Assembly (NCBI GenBank): GCA_002633005.1
Contig: NMRA01000035.1
Span: 476,863 to 540,862, forward strand
Source: Phoronis australis
Lineage: Eukaryota; Animalia; Phoronida
Length of the DNA: 64,000 nucleotides
Direction: 5' to 3'
Below, in pieces: positions 41,201-57,000 of this stretch. The notes beneath the pieces were generated by a model. The model made no database searches. It worked only from the letters and a program-made list of their open reading frames with translations, and was not told the origin of the DNA. The number at the start of each line of letters is the position of its first letter. Position 1 is the first letter of the stretch. The position numbers were made by a program, and so were the translations under genes.

Positions 41201-42076
41201 TGACTTACTGGAATCAACCACAGGATAAGAATGCCATGACAAGCTTTAGAAGAGCAAATATGATTGCGACAAAAATTGAGGATTTTTAACACCAAAACAT
41301 GGTTAATAACAGCTTCAAATTTACATTGAACATATCAACATTAGCATGGCTATAAGTTTTCAACACAGGAAGCCAAACACGACAAAGGGGAGAACTTTTG
41401 CAACTAATAGGAGACACATTGCAAAATTAAAATGTGCGTGTGCACAAGATTTTTTTGCAATGAGCAGCAGTGCCATGTCCCTTTTTATATCCATGGCTAT
41501 ACAGTGCATATCCATGTACAATTAGACAGACTTATGAAGATTAATTCTAATATGAAGTGAATAGTGTTTTTATTGGCCTGTGCGTACACAAAGATTCCAT
41601 ATCCTATCTACAGGTGATTGAGAATCAGCAACTCTCTCTAAAAACCAGAAATTAAAACCAATGGAAAACTTGATTTAAACCTAATTATAAAAACACTGTG
41701 TTGCCTTAAAACCATGAGGTTCATTTAGAACTGTCACCGTATGAACTATGTATAAATGAAAAATTTAAGAAATGTCTGGCCAATGTTCAACATTTTACAT
41801 TTTTACTCGCCCATCTAATCATTGGCAAGCCAGAAACTTACAAAGCCCGCATGATGTTCATTATTGCACAACTTTTATGATGCAAACTTACATGCTGGAG
41901 CGCCACATTTAACTTACAGACTTAACAACACCATGCCCATTGGGCATTTTGGTTCTGAGGTTTCCCTTCCTTTCTAATTTCACATATCAGACACAATGAA
42001 ACAACCAGTGTTGACCAGTGAACATTAAACAAACCATATGTAGAGAACATTCAGATAAGAAATGAGACACAATAGA

Positions 42077-45000
42077 CTATGACGAAAAGAAAAAGTTGAG
42101 GGCTCTATTGGTATCATAGTCGGCTGCTAGTATAACTCTGACAAGTTCTTCCCGTGGTACAGTGTCACCAGTAATGTCTCTCAGAGCCTGTAGACAGTCT
42201 TCCAGTCGTTGGGTATCACGAAGAGCCGACTGGGGGAGATCGTCCGAGGAAGAACTTGATGAAGAATGCTCAGCCTGGAAGGGAAATTTTCAAATGCTAG
42301 TGAGCACTCCTATGCACAAGGACCTCAGAACAACTTACCACTACATCCCCTTCCTTTCACACACTCAAGTTATTGCCAAGCACAAGAACGTGAAGAGCAA
42401 TGCTCAATGAATGCAGCAATTTGAACTCAGGTCTCACAACTCATAAAAATGTCTGCAGTCCAAACAATTACGCTATATCCGCCTCTATATTACTTAGAAT
42501 TTAGTTCCAAATGTTAAGCTATAAATTCATCCAGCTAAAAAACATTAACACCTGGTGTATGACTTTAATAGTGGATTTAGAAAACATGGTTAAGTTTTTA
42601 ACCACTGACCAGTCTGACCTTTTGTTTGCACCCTGTGTCAAAAAATATTAACGCATGTCTTGTAAATCTCCGGATAAAATACACACAACATATAGCTATT
42701 GAAAAATTTTCAGGAGTCGTAAGACAAAAACTAAATGTGATATAACAGGCACAAAAAGAGAAACTCATAAATTATCTTACCAATCAAACAGATGGTTAGA
42801 AGTTTATGGTGTGAACAGTGTAAGCTGTTCTAGAAGATATTTTGTTGCAATATTCCAAGCTTCAGCTCACCATATATCAACCCTCTCAAACATACATACC
42901 CTTTCAGCCATCTCTAGCTGACCAATCAACTCCTCAACTTCACTGACACTAGACACGGTGCTGGGAGTCTCTGTATGGAAGTGGCCATTGAAATTACGTT
43001 GACCCAAGAAATTACTGAAAATAAAATACCAGAGTTAATCAAAAAAAAATTACATCAGCAGGTGAGAAAGGGTATAAAATAAAACCAACCAGAAATATTT
43101 AGAGTTCTTACAAACTTTAATCTCCTGAAAACCCTATGCACCATTGTTTTGGTTCACGTTTGTTGTCAAACCCTTTGTTTTCGGTTCTTTAATACAGCCA
43201 CTTATAATTCCTAACAACACCTGACGTTACTTTGGACCAAATGGATTCCAACACTACTGTCTACTCTTGAACTAATTCAAGTCATCGCTAATGCGATAAT
43301 TGCCCGCGCCACACAAATGGAACTTAGATCACTATTCGTGACATAATGCCAGTGGTTGGTGGTCCTGCTTCTTGTACAAATCTATTGACAAAGTACAATG
43401 TGGTAAAGTCGTTTCAAGTGATATACCCTCAGAATGCACAGAAGCTCGATAAGAACACTCTCACCCATGAAAGTAAATGATTACAGCCGTAACAGCTTAC
43501 CAGTGCCATGTAAGTGTTTCGTCGACTTCAATTTTTAAGTGATCCGGTAAGTCATTGTAATCGTCACCTTCAACAACCTCCGGATTGTCCGAGATGAAGT
43601 TCAGGGCGGCTGTCTGAAATGAAGTTGCCAAAGTTGCTATTCCGCAAGTTAAAGAAACTGGGACCAAATTAGTAGGAAAATGGATTTCATTTTGCAAGGT
43701 GTAAATACTAAGCCGGATGCTTTTGGAATCCAAGGAGTCACAGTGCTTTTTCTCTCTGGTTAAAGAAAATGCCAGCAAATCGTTTCAACTCGTATCATCC
43801 ATAAAATCTGACAAACGTAATCATTTGCTATGTAAAGGCACAGTTACTTGCAGACCACATTCAGTTACAGTTAGCAACTCTTACAGTGATGAAGTGTAAA
43901 ACTATAGCTTACTAATCACTATAATTGTTCTCTGCTAAAGGTAAATATCATTTGACAACTAATAACAAGCAGTCACAAAATTAATATCAAACAATATCTA
44001 GTAACAATAATCAGTTTTTAAGATTTACGGTTACCGTAACTAAAAAACAAAACAATTCCAAGTTAAATGTGCAAGAAGGACACCTACCATTCTACTCTGA
44101 AATGAATGGTGAAATTGTTATCCACGCCTCTTAAGTAATGGCCAATGGTCAACAGAAATTAAACATTCTTCTTACCTTTAAAGACCTGGCATTGAGCTGG
44201 TCAGCCAAACTTAACAGGAAGAGCGTGGAGTTTTCATCCATATTCGACTTAAGCGCTTGTTCGCACAGAGTTTTAAGGGAGTCCATCTGAAGTGATTAAA
44301 ATTGTAATCAACATTTTGAACAGTGAGTGTGGCAACAACTTCTACAGCTGCATAGAATAAAGAATAACTCAGGCATGATATAGTGTTTAACGAATGTCTC
44401 GGCTTTGAAACATGTGTACTGTACATTACAGAGAGCAAACATATACAGATCCAGCTTTATTAGAACATGCAGAACAAATTGATCTTCTATTCCCACATCC
44501 CAAAGTAAGCTTTCCTCTTTTGTAGAGGTCAAAGAAAACACTGACCCATTTCCCAAAATGTAACTAGGCCTACTAACATACTCCCGAGTCGAGTCAGTCA
44601 AATGAAGAACAATCTGTCATGCCTAACTCACAACAGCTTTCCAATTGTTTTATGTCCGCAATGTGACTAACTAAAACAATACTGGTATCAGAATGACAAA
44701 CCCGAAGACAAAACATAATGAGCAAGATAGCAATTTGCAAGGTAGCACTGCACAACTGTGGGGTAAGTGCCCTATAGATGCACAGCATTGTACAACTGCA
44801 GAATCAGGGATGCTGTATTATTCTAGGGAGAAGCATTAGGACCATTTGGTGGGTAAAGTTCCATTTGAACAGTCTGTACATTCACAATGATAGTTCCCAC
44901 CTCGTATCTATCTCCAACAGCCATGAGCTCTGCCAATTGCTCGGTGCATAATGTCTTCACATCCAGCTCACCACAGTAAAGGTAGCGCAAGAACAGACGG

Positions 45001-48000
45001 AACAATTCTGGATTCACATCGTATATAGCAATTTTTCTACAAGAAACAGAAAAATACACATGACCAAAAGATTACAATTGTCAATTCCTGAAAAAGGCAC
45101 ACCTATATGTAAGCCCTCTGGTTTATAGCCATCAAAGTTGTCGAAATCTACACTGTCTCACTTTTGAGCTCAGAACTTCCGATAATCATAAAATGCAAAG
45201 TTTGTGAGTTTGAGTGACGGACTAGTTATTTCCCATTCACATATTGAGGGAGTGAATTATTTTACTTCACCTTTCACATCTGTCTACCACCAATGCAAAG
45301 TAGGTCACAGCTACGTGGAATAAAACGAAATAAAATAACATTCTCTTTTTAATTGTCACTAACACTTACTTATCAATGGATTCTCGCATACCACTCATAA
45401 GAGCCCTTCGAAACCAATCACATCTCGAGGCGACAATAACGCGATGTGCCTTGATCTCAGTGATGTCAACATCTCGTTCCGTGTCGGTCCGCGATATCGG
45501 CTCACCATGAGTGTGGTCTATGACTGTGTCGCCCCCTTCTGAATAAACAATGAACTAATCATACTAGTACAACTCTTAAATATGCAATATAGGTACTGTC
45601 ACGTTTATCATGTTGCAATAAAACTGGAAAGTGAAATAATTTTTGTTTTACAAATTATTAAGTAAAACAATAAGCATAGAAGTCTTATGGAATAAATTGA
45701 GCAAACTAAAAAGTACAATAAAAGTGTATGATGGTATACAATCAAGACACACTTTGTGTAAACTAGCGAATCTTTATAAAAAATAACGAACAGTGGACAT
45801 AGCACATATCGGAAATAGTTTTTCTCCCAGATCGAGTGCTTGAGCACTGTAAACGTTGCAAATACGTGGAAGGTTTTACTCGAATGACAAACCTTGAACA
45901 CTGATGATTTCAAACACCATGTCTGTGCCTTCTTCCTGAGCGAGTATGTTGAGAGCCTGCTTCGCCAGATGACTATCTCGTGGTAATGGGGACACGCATA
46001 GTGACTGCACAGAACTCAGCTGTGAATTGAAGAGTTAATGACTTGACACAATTACTGTGGTTGTGTGGAGCAGCATGTAGGATTTGACCAATTAAAGTTA
46101 TGCAGGACCTTCTCAACAAGTGTGTCATTAACTAAATATTTACGTATTCCTACACCCAGACTAAAAATGGGGGGCTCGAATTTTTGAGAATGTGGACCTT
46201 TTACTAAGATTTACGGGGTATGTTCAGAGCTTTGAATTGTGCATTCGCCAAATTTTGGTAGTTTCTGCCTTTTTGGTGGACTTTGTCTAGGTTTCTACTT
46301 TTTTCAGAGTTTTTGTTTCTCAGCGGTGGACCTTTTTGCCCACTTCACAAATGAGGGTCTCCTGTGTGCGCGCAAGCTACAAAACCGTAGATTTCAACTC
46401 ATTATTAAAAGTACATAATTTTCACTTTTTACTAATCTGCCATGAATTGGGTCACACGACCATGTCTTTTCAGTAAAATATAGAAAAAAAGAAAGGTACT
46501 TCGATAGCAAAACAAAGACATCTATCACGTGACTAAATTTCATTTGATATAAATAACCAAGATGAGGTCTCAATAACACTGTTAGTGTTCTAACATACCA
46601 TACTATTTTAATAAACCCTATGCAAAACTTTAAAGACAATTCCTAACAGCGTAGAGCAATGCATAAATTATGATAATAGTATCTGAAAGTTTCACATGAA
46701 TCCGATCAGCCATTTCTGAGTTATGATGATGCGAACTACATTCTAATAAATTAATTCAAACATTATGTTACAAGCACAATTATAAATAAAAACCCTTTAA
46801 AATACAGAACAATGGCAAGCCATACCTGGGCATAGTTAACAAACATTGCACTTTGACTGGAGTCGGACGGCTGATCCCCTGCCTCTGGCTGTTGTAGCAG
46901 ACCGAGCATGTGTAAAGACTTGTTGAACTGATCATGGTGCACCATCTCACACAGTTTGTGTAGGACGCCTGACAGTGACGCACGGTTTGCTTGTGTCTTT
47001 GTGATGCCCCACGCCTGGCAAACACAACCATGTGTATGTACATAGAATACTGTCATCACGGAAAGTTTACAATACATCATCCTACTAAAGATAAGCTAAT
47101 ATAAGAGATATTTTAAGATTCACAAATTGCCATCAAAATGTCACACTTTTCACAGACTCGACAGTGGCAGTTCTATGTTTTCAGTAAGGGGGTTTAGGAT
47201 TCAAGCGAATATGAGGTGGGTAACGCCGAGCGGGGAGGTCGAGAGGGGGTTTTTCACCTCCCATGTAAGATTTTTTGTTTTTGTAGCAGATTTCATTGTC
47301 CTGGCGACGTTTTTTCTTAATTGTGATTTTTGATCCTATCCTACATGCACGCGCTTGCTCACTCATATACAACAAATGCAGACAAACTTCAAAAAAACGT
47401 CATGTGACAAAAACGTGTGTGTTCATCCAGACATTTTTCTCGTGTTGCGAGGTACGATGTAGCGCTGGTTTGGACTTAATCTGTGGTTAATCCCGACTCC
47501 ACAGGAACTTAAAAATCTTAGGCACGCTATTTGGAAAACTTTTGTCGAGTCGAAACTGTATTTTTATTCAAGAATTCAAGTTGCCCTATCGACGATCGCA
47601 AGGCAGCGACGCATCAGTCAGCGAGTTTTCACCCAGGGATTTGAGCACAAGTTTCTGAAAAAATGATCGTAATTTAACAACGAAGTTTGATAGCAATGCA
47701 CCAAAATCTTGTAGAAAGTCTGTCATAGGTCACAGATATGTCACAGAGTAAATTTGAAGAATTCTAGCTTCTGCTTTCACCCATTTCAGAGACCGGATTC
47801 CACCCGCCTTAGGCTACAATAAGCACCCCCAGAAACAAATTTTACTAAGCGCCCTGTTTGGTTATTTTAGGGCAAATACGGTAATAAAAGACAATTTCTA
47901 ATAAGTTGGATAAATCTTGTCTTGTTAGAAATCGGCAAAATTTTAGAGCAACATATTTCAGCTACGTTGTTTTTCATCTATTACAGAATTTCAATCTGCT

Positions 48001-51000
48001 TCCCACATTGGGTGAAGTAAGCTGTGAATAGGCAAGTAGTAATGCTTGCCCAGTAATGAGTAATCTATTCAAAGTCAGTCGATTGTTAGAGCTACAGGAG
48101 ATCCGAGGCGAAGAGGGATTCGCAACAACTTTGATTGAAGCTAAGACAAATCTCAACAAAATCTGTCAAAAAAATTTATCAGAAGAGTGACATTTTATAG
48201 AAACCAATGGTACTGTACAGGGAAATTAATTTTTGCAATAATTATTCCCGTCCCCAAAACGAAAGATACTACCGACTCATACTCACAATTTTTGATGTTC
48301 CCAGTTTGAATAGATACTTCCACTCATTCCAGCTGACCTTGTCATCTAGAGCAGCCATAAACTCATCCACTCTGATATGAACCAGAGGTACCTGGTCCAC
48401 AATCTGTTCTATCACTCGAATCACGAAACGGACCTTCGCCTCTGGTCGCATCGACATAAAGTTCTCCCTAAGAAAAAGAAATCCATATTTTCTTGAAAAA
48501 AAACAAACTTTTCAAACACTTGGAGTACTGTGTACAATTTACTCAACAATAATACATAATATGTGACTATGTGCTTAAGCTCATTTTCAAGAAAGATATG
48601 GTACAATAATCTATGCAGTGGTAGTAAAATTTTACAAGTTGAAAAGGTTTGAAAATTCAGAATTAGCTCAACTTAAAAGGTCCTCTAAACACAATTTTGC
48701 TAAAATACAACACTGCCAAGCTACATGAATGTAGCAAAAAATTTAATAAAAGCCAACAAAAAATATACCCCCTAACAGCTGTTGAACACTGAACAAATTG
48801 ACAAAAACCTTCAAGTTGTTTATTCTCAACTCCTTTTTAACTCATTCAGTCCCAGAAAGCCACTTGGAAGAAATAGGAGAAAGTTTGAAGCATTGGCAAT
48901 AAAAAATCACAAACCTTCAAACTAGAACAAACCAACTTAGCAGTGACAAATGATTTCCGATGAAGCTATCAATGAATTTCATTCGGTATTAATAATGCAT
49001 AATGCATAACTCACCACATTTAAGAACCAAAACAAAGGGTTTTACCTCAAAACACAACCAAAACAATCACAGTATTAGGTTGCATGGGGCTTTATCAACC
49101 CCCCAACAGCTGGTAAGAAATTCAGGAGTCTTGATGTCTGGCAGCAATTTTGGCCTGTACCGGTTAGCAGTACTGCACTTGATCAAGATATTTTTAAATT
49201 TGTCTCAGATTGATTGCAGTTAATTTTCAAACTCACAACTAGTAAATTTATCCTAGGCAAAATGCTTGACAGTACCATTAACTTTCATATAGAAATTTCA
49301 TAAATTTCAATTAAGATCATGATTTAACAAGGACTAACTATTAATTAATGAAATGTTCCTAAACCCTGAAACATTTCTCCGTGCAATTTTAAAAATGTTG
49401 ACTTTCACTTCCAAAAAACATAACTTCATGCATGACTTTTTGTATTAATCTTGAAAAACCACCACAGATGCACTGGCCATCAGACATGATAGCTTTCCTA
49501 CCCCCAGACACCTTATAATGGTATTTGTCTGGTCAGTTCCAGGAAGGAAAACATTACACCAGAAGGATTCAATTAAGTGAGGACAGCAGTGGCATACAGT
49601 ACCACTTAGGAAAGTTCAAATGTATTCAGTTTCATTGGATGGTGGATTGGTGATATCCAAACATTCTAAATTTTCCACCAAAAATAGAGTTAGTAAAATT
49701 AATGTATCTCTCTGACTTTGAGTGACATTGTTTACATAACACAGCTAGACGGCAACTGACACTTGACATACTGCCACAACTGATCACCTGTTGGCATCAC
49801 GAATTCAGCTGAATGAATTTATGGTAAAGTTGCTTCAAACTAGAACACAACCTGGCGGAACAGTAAAACTTTTGTTTTATTAAAAGTCTCAACAAGAATA
49901 AAAGACATTAATTTTACTGATTGCTTAACATTTATATAGTACAGCTGTCAACAACAAATACAAGATGAAATTTTTAAAATTTTTGGCTACACAGAGGGTA
50001 TTGGAAAATGAAAAATGACAATTTTGACCATTACTTTTGTTTCAATTTGAGGAATCTTTAAACGGTAAAGTTAAATGTTCATCAACTTTGTATAGTCAGT
50101 ATTGCAGACAGTGAAGATTGCCTTTCACCAGCGAGTTTTCAGGATGAAGTTAACAGTCCCCTTGTCATTCTTCAAATGCGTTTTTGAATATTAAGGTTTT
50201 ACTCTTTGAATACACCTTACTTGGAACCTCCTAATTACCTTCTTGAGGCAAACTTTGAAATGTCCACAGCTAGGCTGTCACAAAACGACTTCATTTTCTT
50301 CAGTTCTCGCATGTGAAGAGCCTAAAATATAATCCAACCAAGCATGACTGACTAACAGCTGGCCAATGGGAAATGACATTTGATAAAACTGCATAATAAT
50401 TATCAACATCACAGATAATAACAAACACATCCCACTCAGAGATAAAAACATCACAGATAGAATAACTTTAGACTCAATATTCACAGAATCGTTTTGCTAA
50501 GCAAGTTCACATTACGCTTTAGATACAAGAGAGGTACCAATTCACAATCATGTAAACATTGTAATAAATCATTCAGTCACAAAAGAACCAGGAACAAGTC
50601 AGAGAGCAATTAAAAGCATCCAACTTAGCCAGACATAACTTGTGAAGCAAAGACGACGGTTCAGAAAACTGATAACAGCAGTAAAACATTTGACTGGCTG
50701 CGATACATAATTGATGAACCTGCGATGACCACGTGTGTCCAAGTAACTCACTTCCCTGCCAACAATAACCTCCTACTATGACAGAAAAGAAGATTTAAAG
50801 ACCCTTGCAAACAATGCAGCACCAGTTGCATGCCCAATTATGTACAGCAGTGGCAGCAAGGCACAAACTTTGCCAGCCTATGATGCTTGATACCCTCCGA
50901 TGCCAACCTGATATCGACGCCATGAAACTTCACGTGATCAACTCACAGGTCACATGATTAATTAATAAAAAATAGTCATATTAAGAGCACGTGCAACCCC

Positions 51001-54000
51001 ATGCCCAGCAAGATGCATGTAATCGGATGCAAACACCAAACACACGAAGCAGCTTTGACCAAGTGGGGCAAAAATTGGTTTATAGAAATGGGCAACAGGG
51101 GGAGACGCTGCCACTGCCAAGGGTTCACTGAGTGTGGCTACCTTTAAGTTGTTTGTCGATAGCAATAAAGTTTCACTGGTCAGGGGGCTGTTTCTAGAAG
51201 AGTCTATTGTCTTTTGACCATTGGGTGAAAATCACTGACTTCGCGCGTTTCACAAAAATCAGGCCAAGGCTGAAAGTCAAGAAAATCAGTTTACAACTCG
51301 AAGCCAAAAAACAGAAATCTATAACCTGCTCAGAAGCAGATTAAAAGCCAAAAGACAAAATTAATAACTTTTAGCTATAGACTTTTCAAGAAACAAGACC
51401 CTAGAATACCTTGCTCAAGTCTCACAAAGATCATGGTTGTGCTACAGTTATCCTTACCTTTTTTAAGGTACTACCTAGTACACCTCCAACTCCACGAGGT
51501 TTGTCAGCCTTCTCCAGTTTTTCCGCGGCACTACCACTATTGATGACTTGCTCCAGCACAGACTTTACATCAGCTACAAGCTGGGCAACAATGTCACACG
51601 CAGGCTCAATCTAAATATAGGGAAGATAAGCATGAACAGTTCAGTAAAGTGCATCAGTATGCACATGTATAAGCATGAACAGTTCAGTAAAGTACATCAC
51701 TATATACATGACAGCATGAACTGTTCTGAAGTACAATACTGTGGGAACATAAACATGGACTGTTCAATAAGGTACAACAAAACATCATAAAAACACACAC
51801 CAAGAATCCATACATCATTATTTGATTGAAGCTAACAGTTAATTTTTAATCCAATGCCTGCAATTGTTTGATCTTCTAACACATCCTCCCGAAAACTTCT
51901 ATGCCCAACCGTGTTCCAAGCACTCACCTCAGGTATTAGGTAACTGGCAAATTCTTTAATTTGATTTGCTGTCAAGTTGTTGGTGTGCGTTCGACATACC
52001 TCGAGGAACTTTAAGCACTGTCCGATGAAAACGTTTAACCTACAGAGTCACACGAAAGGGTGAAATAGTTTGCGAAACAAACCCAACAGCCAAATTGATG
52101 TACAGAGTGTACTAAAAATTGTTGCAAAATATTCCAAAATATGAAAACCAGGATATGATCTTACTGAGAACTTAATTAAGTCATTTTTCTTACTCCAGGA
52201 TTCACCAAGTTTGCCATGCTACGTGTAGAAGTTAGAAAAATTGCAGAAAACAAAATTTTCAGTATTAACACTTAACGGAACTAGTTCAGTATAAAGCTCC
52301 AGTCCAGCCTAGCCTTCAATAAGAAGAGCACTTTCCACGAGCACTTCGTCACTAATGAACGATCTACTTCCTTGTTAGTTTTGTTGATGATGCGCAAGCG
52401 CGTCGTTCAATTGCACTTTCCTTATTGAACACAAGGCTGATATCAAAGATTTTTGATCAAAGCTGAGGTGTCAAGACAGGGAACAATTACAAGAACTACA
52501 GTCATGGAAATTTTGTTCAATTTGAAGAAAGGATGCAGCAGGAGAATGAGAAGTACTCAACCTTTAGAACATGCGAAGGCTGACAAAAACAAAGTGTGTA
52601 TAGTGTGAGGAAAATGTGTTTGTTGTTTCTCTGCAAATCGCGCCAACTCTCATGGTTCTCCAAACTTCTGTGTCATCCAAAAAACTTTGGGATTCTTGGA
52701 ATGGAAAAAACACTATCGAGTTTCCCCGTAGAACCATTTTATGGTAATCATATTTCAGAGTATTTTTGCAAACATTTCTGAGGCACCCATATTCCATGCC
52801 ACAATTATTCGATAGTGAGATGAAACTTATTTATCTTGAAAACTAACAGTGCCATGCTCATTATAAAGACTGACTGCATACTAGACAGACACTGCAGGGA
52901 GCTGTTTGAGAACTTTAAACTTTGCAAAAGAGTTTTGCAAATTGCAGATCATATATTAGAGCCGTGTTAAAAACAGAAACGGAAAACATCAACTTTACCA
53001 CAATGAGTTTGTCTACCCATAGGTACTACAACCACCTTAACACCAACTTTAACCACAAAACTCTGAGACTACAGTTCAGGTGTTTTGTTCTGAACTGATG
53101 CTCACCTTGATTTTGCATATTTAATTATTTCATGTCTTTCTTCCCTGGAAAGGTCAGATTTACGACGAGAAAACAAATCACAGACAATCAAAAGTTTGGC
53201 ACAAGCTGAAACAAGAAAAAAAAACGTAAAGAAATATTTGACAATGCATAAAATAAGGAATACACAGTGGAGAGCAAGGTGGTAATTCTACAAATAAGTC
53301 AGTATAGATTCTGTTAAGAGCGTGGAGTCTCCGCACATTATGTAAATACAAGTCCGAACATGATATTGGAATGTCGCAACATTATTTCTTGGCCATGACA
53401 CCATGTCATTCACAAACAATTAGAAAATTGAAGCATGTTATAGATATGCGTCCAAGCTTTTAGGCAGATGCTCATGCGGATTTGTGAAAAACAACACACG
53501 TCAAAAACTGTTACTAAAAGCTCATGTCATGCATTGGAATTTTCTGGGACACATTTCAAATCAAAACAAATAAAGTTTTCATCAATAAAAGATCAAAAAG
53601 TAATTCTCTGAATAATCCTAGTGTGTAAATGTTTGCATTTCTCATCCACTGACGTAAATGTCACTGTGCCATCTGTTGACAATAACATCTCATGACTCAC
53701 TGTCTTAAGACCTCAGGACTTGAACTTGGAGCTTCCTGCTGGCTTAAAACTCTCAAGATCACAAGATATGATTAACAGGTGACGTGAAAGTGGAATAATG
53801 CAGTACTTCTGTTCAGTAATCCAGAGATGGACTTAATCAGAGTTATCACTTACTGAAAACACACATTGTTTGCCATAGTGCAGTGAATACAGCAGTTCAC
53901 GCTGAAAATATTTCTTAGCCATGATGACTAATTGCTTTGTTATCAAATAGACAGTGTTTTCACAAAATGTTAGCCTACCAACAAATTTTCTGTCGTGATT

Positions 54001-57000
54001 GATGATTGGCTGCTGTGACAGTGTGTTTTAGTTATTGTCACCACCAAGACAAGAAATACGGGTCACGTTATCAGATTAGTTTTAACGCACACAGTATGAA
54101 TAAACACACCGCCAACTCACCAACAGAGGCCTCCTGTAGAGCCTGTTTGACAAGATAAATAAGCCTGGCTGGATTGGATAGAATACTTTCCCCACCAAGT
54201 GTTGTATCCGTGCTCGTACGGAATAATTCGATGATCCGATCGCCACTAGTGTGCATATCATTGACGAGTGCGGTTATTTCTGAAAATAACAGAAACTGAT
54301 GAAATGAACAGGAACATGATGCAGCGATTGAAAGTATCAATGTGGAATGTGGACAAAAAGATGAAGAACGTTCATTCAGACTAGTCTACACTTTTCAACT
54401 TATGTGCCCTCTGCTGTCCTAACAATACAAAAAGGCAACACCCCCAATATTTTAATCAATCAATGAACTCATTTAGTAGTACAAGTGATAAAAGAAGGAC
54501 AATAGCCTCCTATGAGGCCCCTGCTAACTACTAACACACGCACACACACACGCACGCGCGCACACACACACGTGAGGCTCTACATATCAACTGGTGTTAG
54601 CCCAGCCTCAATAGTCAACTGGCACACCACAGGTTGTCATTGTTAGTCAAGTCTATTATAAGTGACTGTATCTGTGTATCATTACTTGTTGTTGGGCCCA
54701 GCAAGGTGGCCACTGTTTTTGCTTCTGAAGATGGTGTTTTAATAAACGATGAAACATGTCAAGCCCATATAAATCCATCATTTTCCTCAACACACACACG
54801 CATGCACGCACACACGCACATGAGTACATTGCAGGAACATTAAAAATAAATATGGATAAAATAGTTAAAGGGGAGATTACTCATAAAACATTATAATTGC
54901 ACATATTGAAAATTTAATATAGAAAAAACAGTACTTCCCACATCATTTCATCATTTGCTCACAACCCATCACTAAGCCATACGTTTACAGAACAATTTAA
55001 AACAGCAAATGTGAAAGCACGGGGGCTGTGACCTGAAGGAGAAGATTGTATCATTACCCCCTATAGGTTTTGAATACCTAAGTCCAGAATGACTTGAGAT
55101 CTTGCTTGGAGCCAATGCTTCTCTCAGAGAGAAGAGAAAGTTCACAATTCAAAGTATTCTGGAACCATGTAGTAGAGGCAGATAGGTGGTAATACCAGCT
55201 AAACCATGTTAAGGTTATGTACAGAAGCATTTACATGGGAGATGGTTGTCCTGAAGCAATTAACCTATCGCAAGCTCCACCCCCCTTTGAAATGTTGACA
55301 AACAAACAATAAGTTTTACCCAGTAACGTGTTGTTTGTTGGGTAAAATGGCAGCTTGGAAATGGTGTGTCAAGAATGCTGCATTATGATTGGTCACTTAA
55401 GTCATCACTCAAAGTCCTGGCGATAGGTCAATTAACACAGAACAGCTGATAATGCGTAATAATCGTGTAAACATGACTGATACAGAGCAAGTTGACACCA
55501 CGGTGACCGTTTTTGACACCGGTTTGAGAGGTTGAACAAGTTACACTCCATCAGCTGCTCCAGTGTAAACTACACGTCTAAACNAACGTAAAGAAATATT
55601 TGACAATGCATAAAATAAGGAATACACAGTGGAGAGCAAGGTGGTAATTCTACAAATAAGTCAGTATAGATTCTGTTAAGAGCATGGAGTCTCCGCACAT
55701 TATGTAAATACAAGTCCGAACATGATATTGGAATGTCGCAACATTATTTCTTGGCCATGACACCATGACATTCACAAACAATTAGAAAATTGAAGCATGT
55801 TATAGATATGCGTCCAAGCTTTTAGGCAGATGCTCATGCGGATTTGTGAAAAACAACACACGTCAAAAACTGTTACTAAAAGCTCATGTCATGCATTGGA
55901 ATTTTTTGGGAAACATTTCACATCAAAACAAAAGTTTTCATCCATAAAAGATCAAAAAATAATTCTTTGAATAATCCTAGTGTGTAGATGTTCGCATTAA
56001 TCATCCACTGACATAAATGTCACTACGCCATCTGTTGACAATAACATCTCATGACTCACTGTCTTAAGACCTCAGGACTTGAACCTGGAGCTTCCTGCTG
56101 GCTTAAAACTCTCAAGATCACAAGATATGATTAACAGGTGACGTGAAAGTGGAATAATGCAGTACTTCTGCAGAACTCCAGAGATGGATTTATATTCTAC
56201 ACATGCATTAATAAGAGTTATCACTTGCTCACTGAGCACACACATTGTTTGTCATAGTGCAGTGAATACAGCAGTTCACGCTGAAAATATTCTTGGTCAT
56301 GACGGCTAATTACTTTGGTATCAAATAGACAGTGTTTTCACAAAATGTGAGCCTACCAACAAATTTTCTGTAGTGATTGATGAATGGCTGCTGTGACAGT
56401 GTGTTTTGTTTATTGTCACCATCATGATAAAAAATACCGATCACTTCATCAGATTAGTTTTAACGCGCACAGTATGAATAAACACACCGCCAACTCACCA
56501 ACAGACGCCTCCTGTAGAGCCTGTTTGACAAGATAAATAAGCCTGGCTGGATTGGATAGAATACTTTCCCCACCAAGTGTTGTATCCGTGCTCGTGCGGA
56601 ATAACTCGATGATCCGATCGCCACTAGTGTGCATATCATTGACAAGTGCAGTTATTTCTGAAAATAAAAGAAACAGTTGAAATGAACAGGAACATGATGC
56701 AGTGATTGAAAGCATCAATGTGGAACTTGCACAAAAAGATGAAGAAAGTTCATTCAGACTAGTCTACACTTTTCAACTTATGTGCCCTCTGCTGTATTAA
56801 ACAAAAAAGCAACACCCCCAATTTTTTAATCAATCAAGGAACTCATTTAGTAGTACAAGTGATAAAAGAAGGACATAGCCTCCTATGAGGCCCCTGCTAT
56901 CTACTAACACACACACACATGCAAGCACACACACACACGTGAGGCTCTACATATCAACTGGTGTTAGCCCAGCCTCAATAGTCAACTGGCACACCACAGG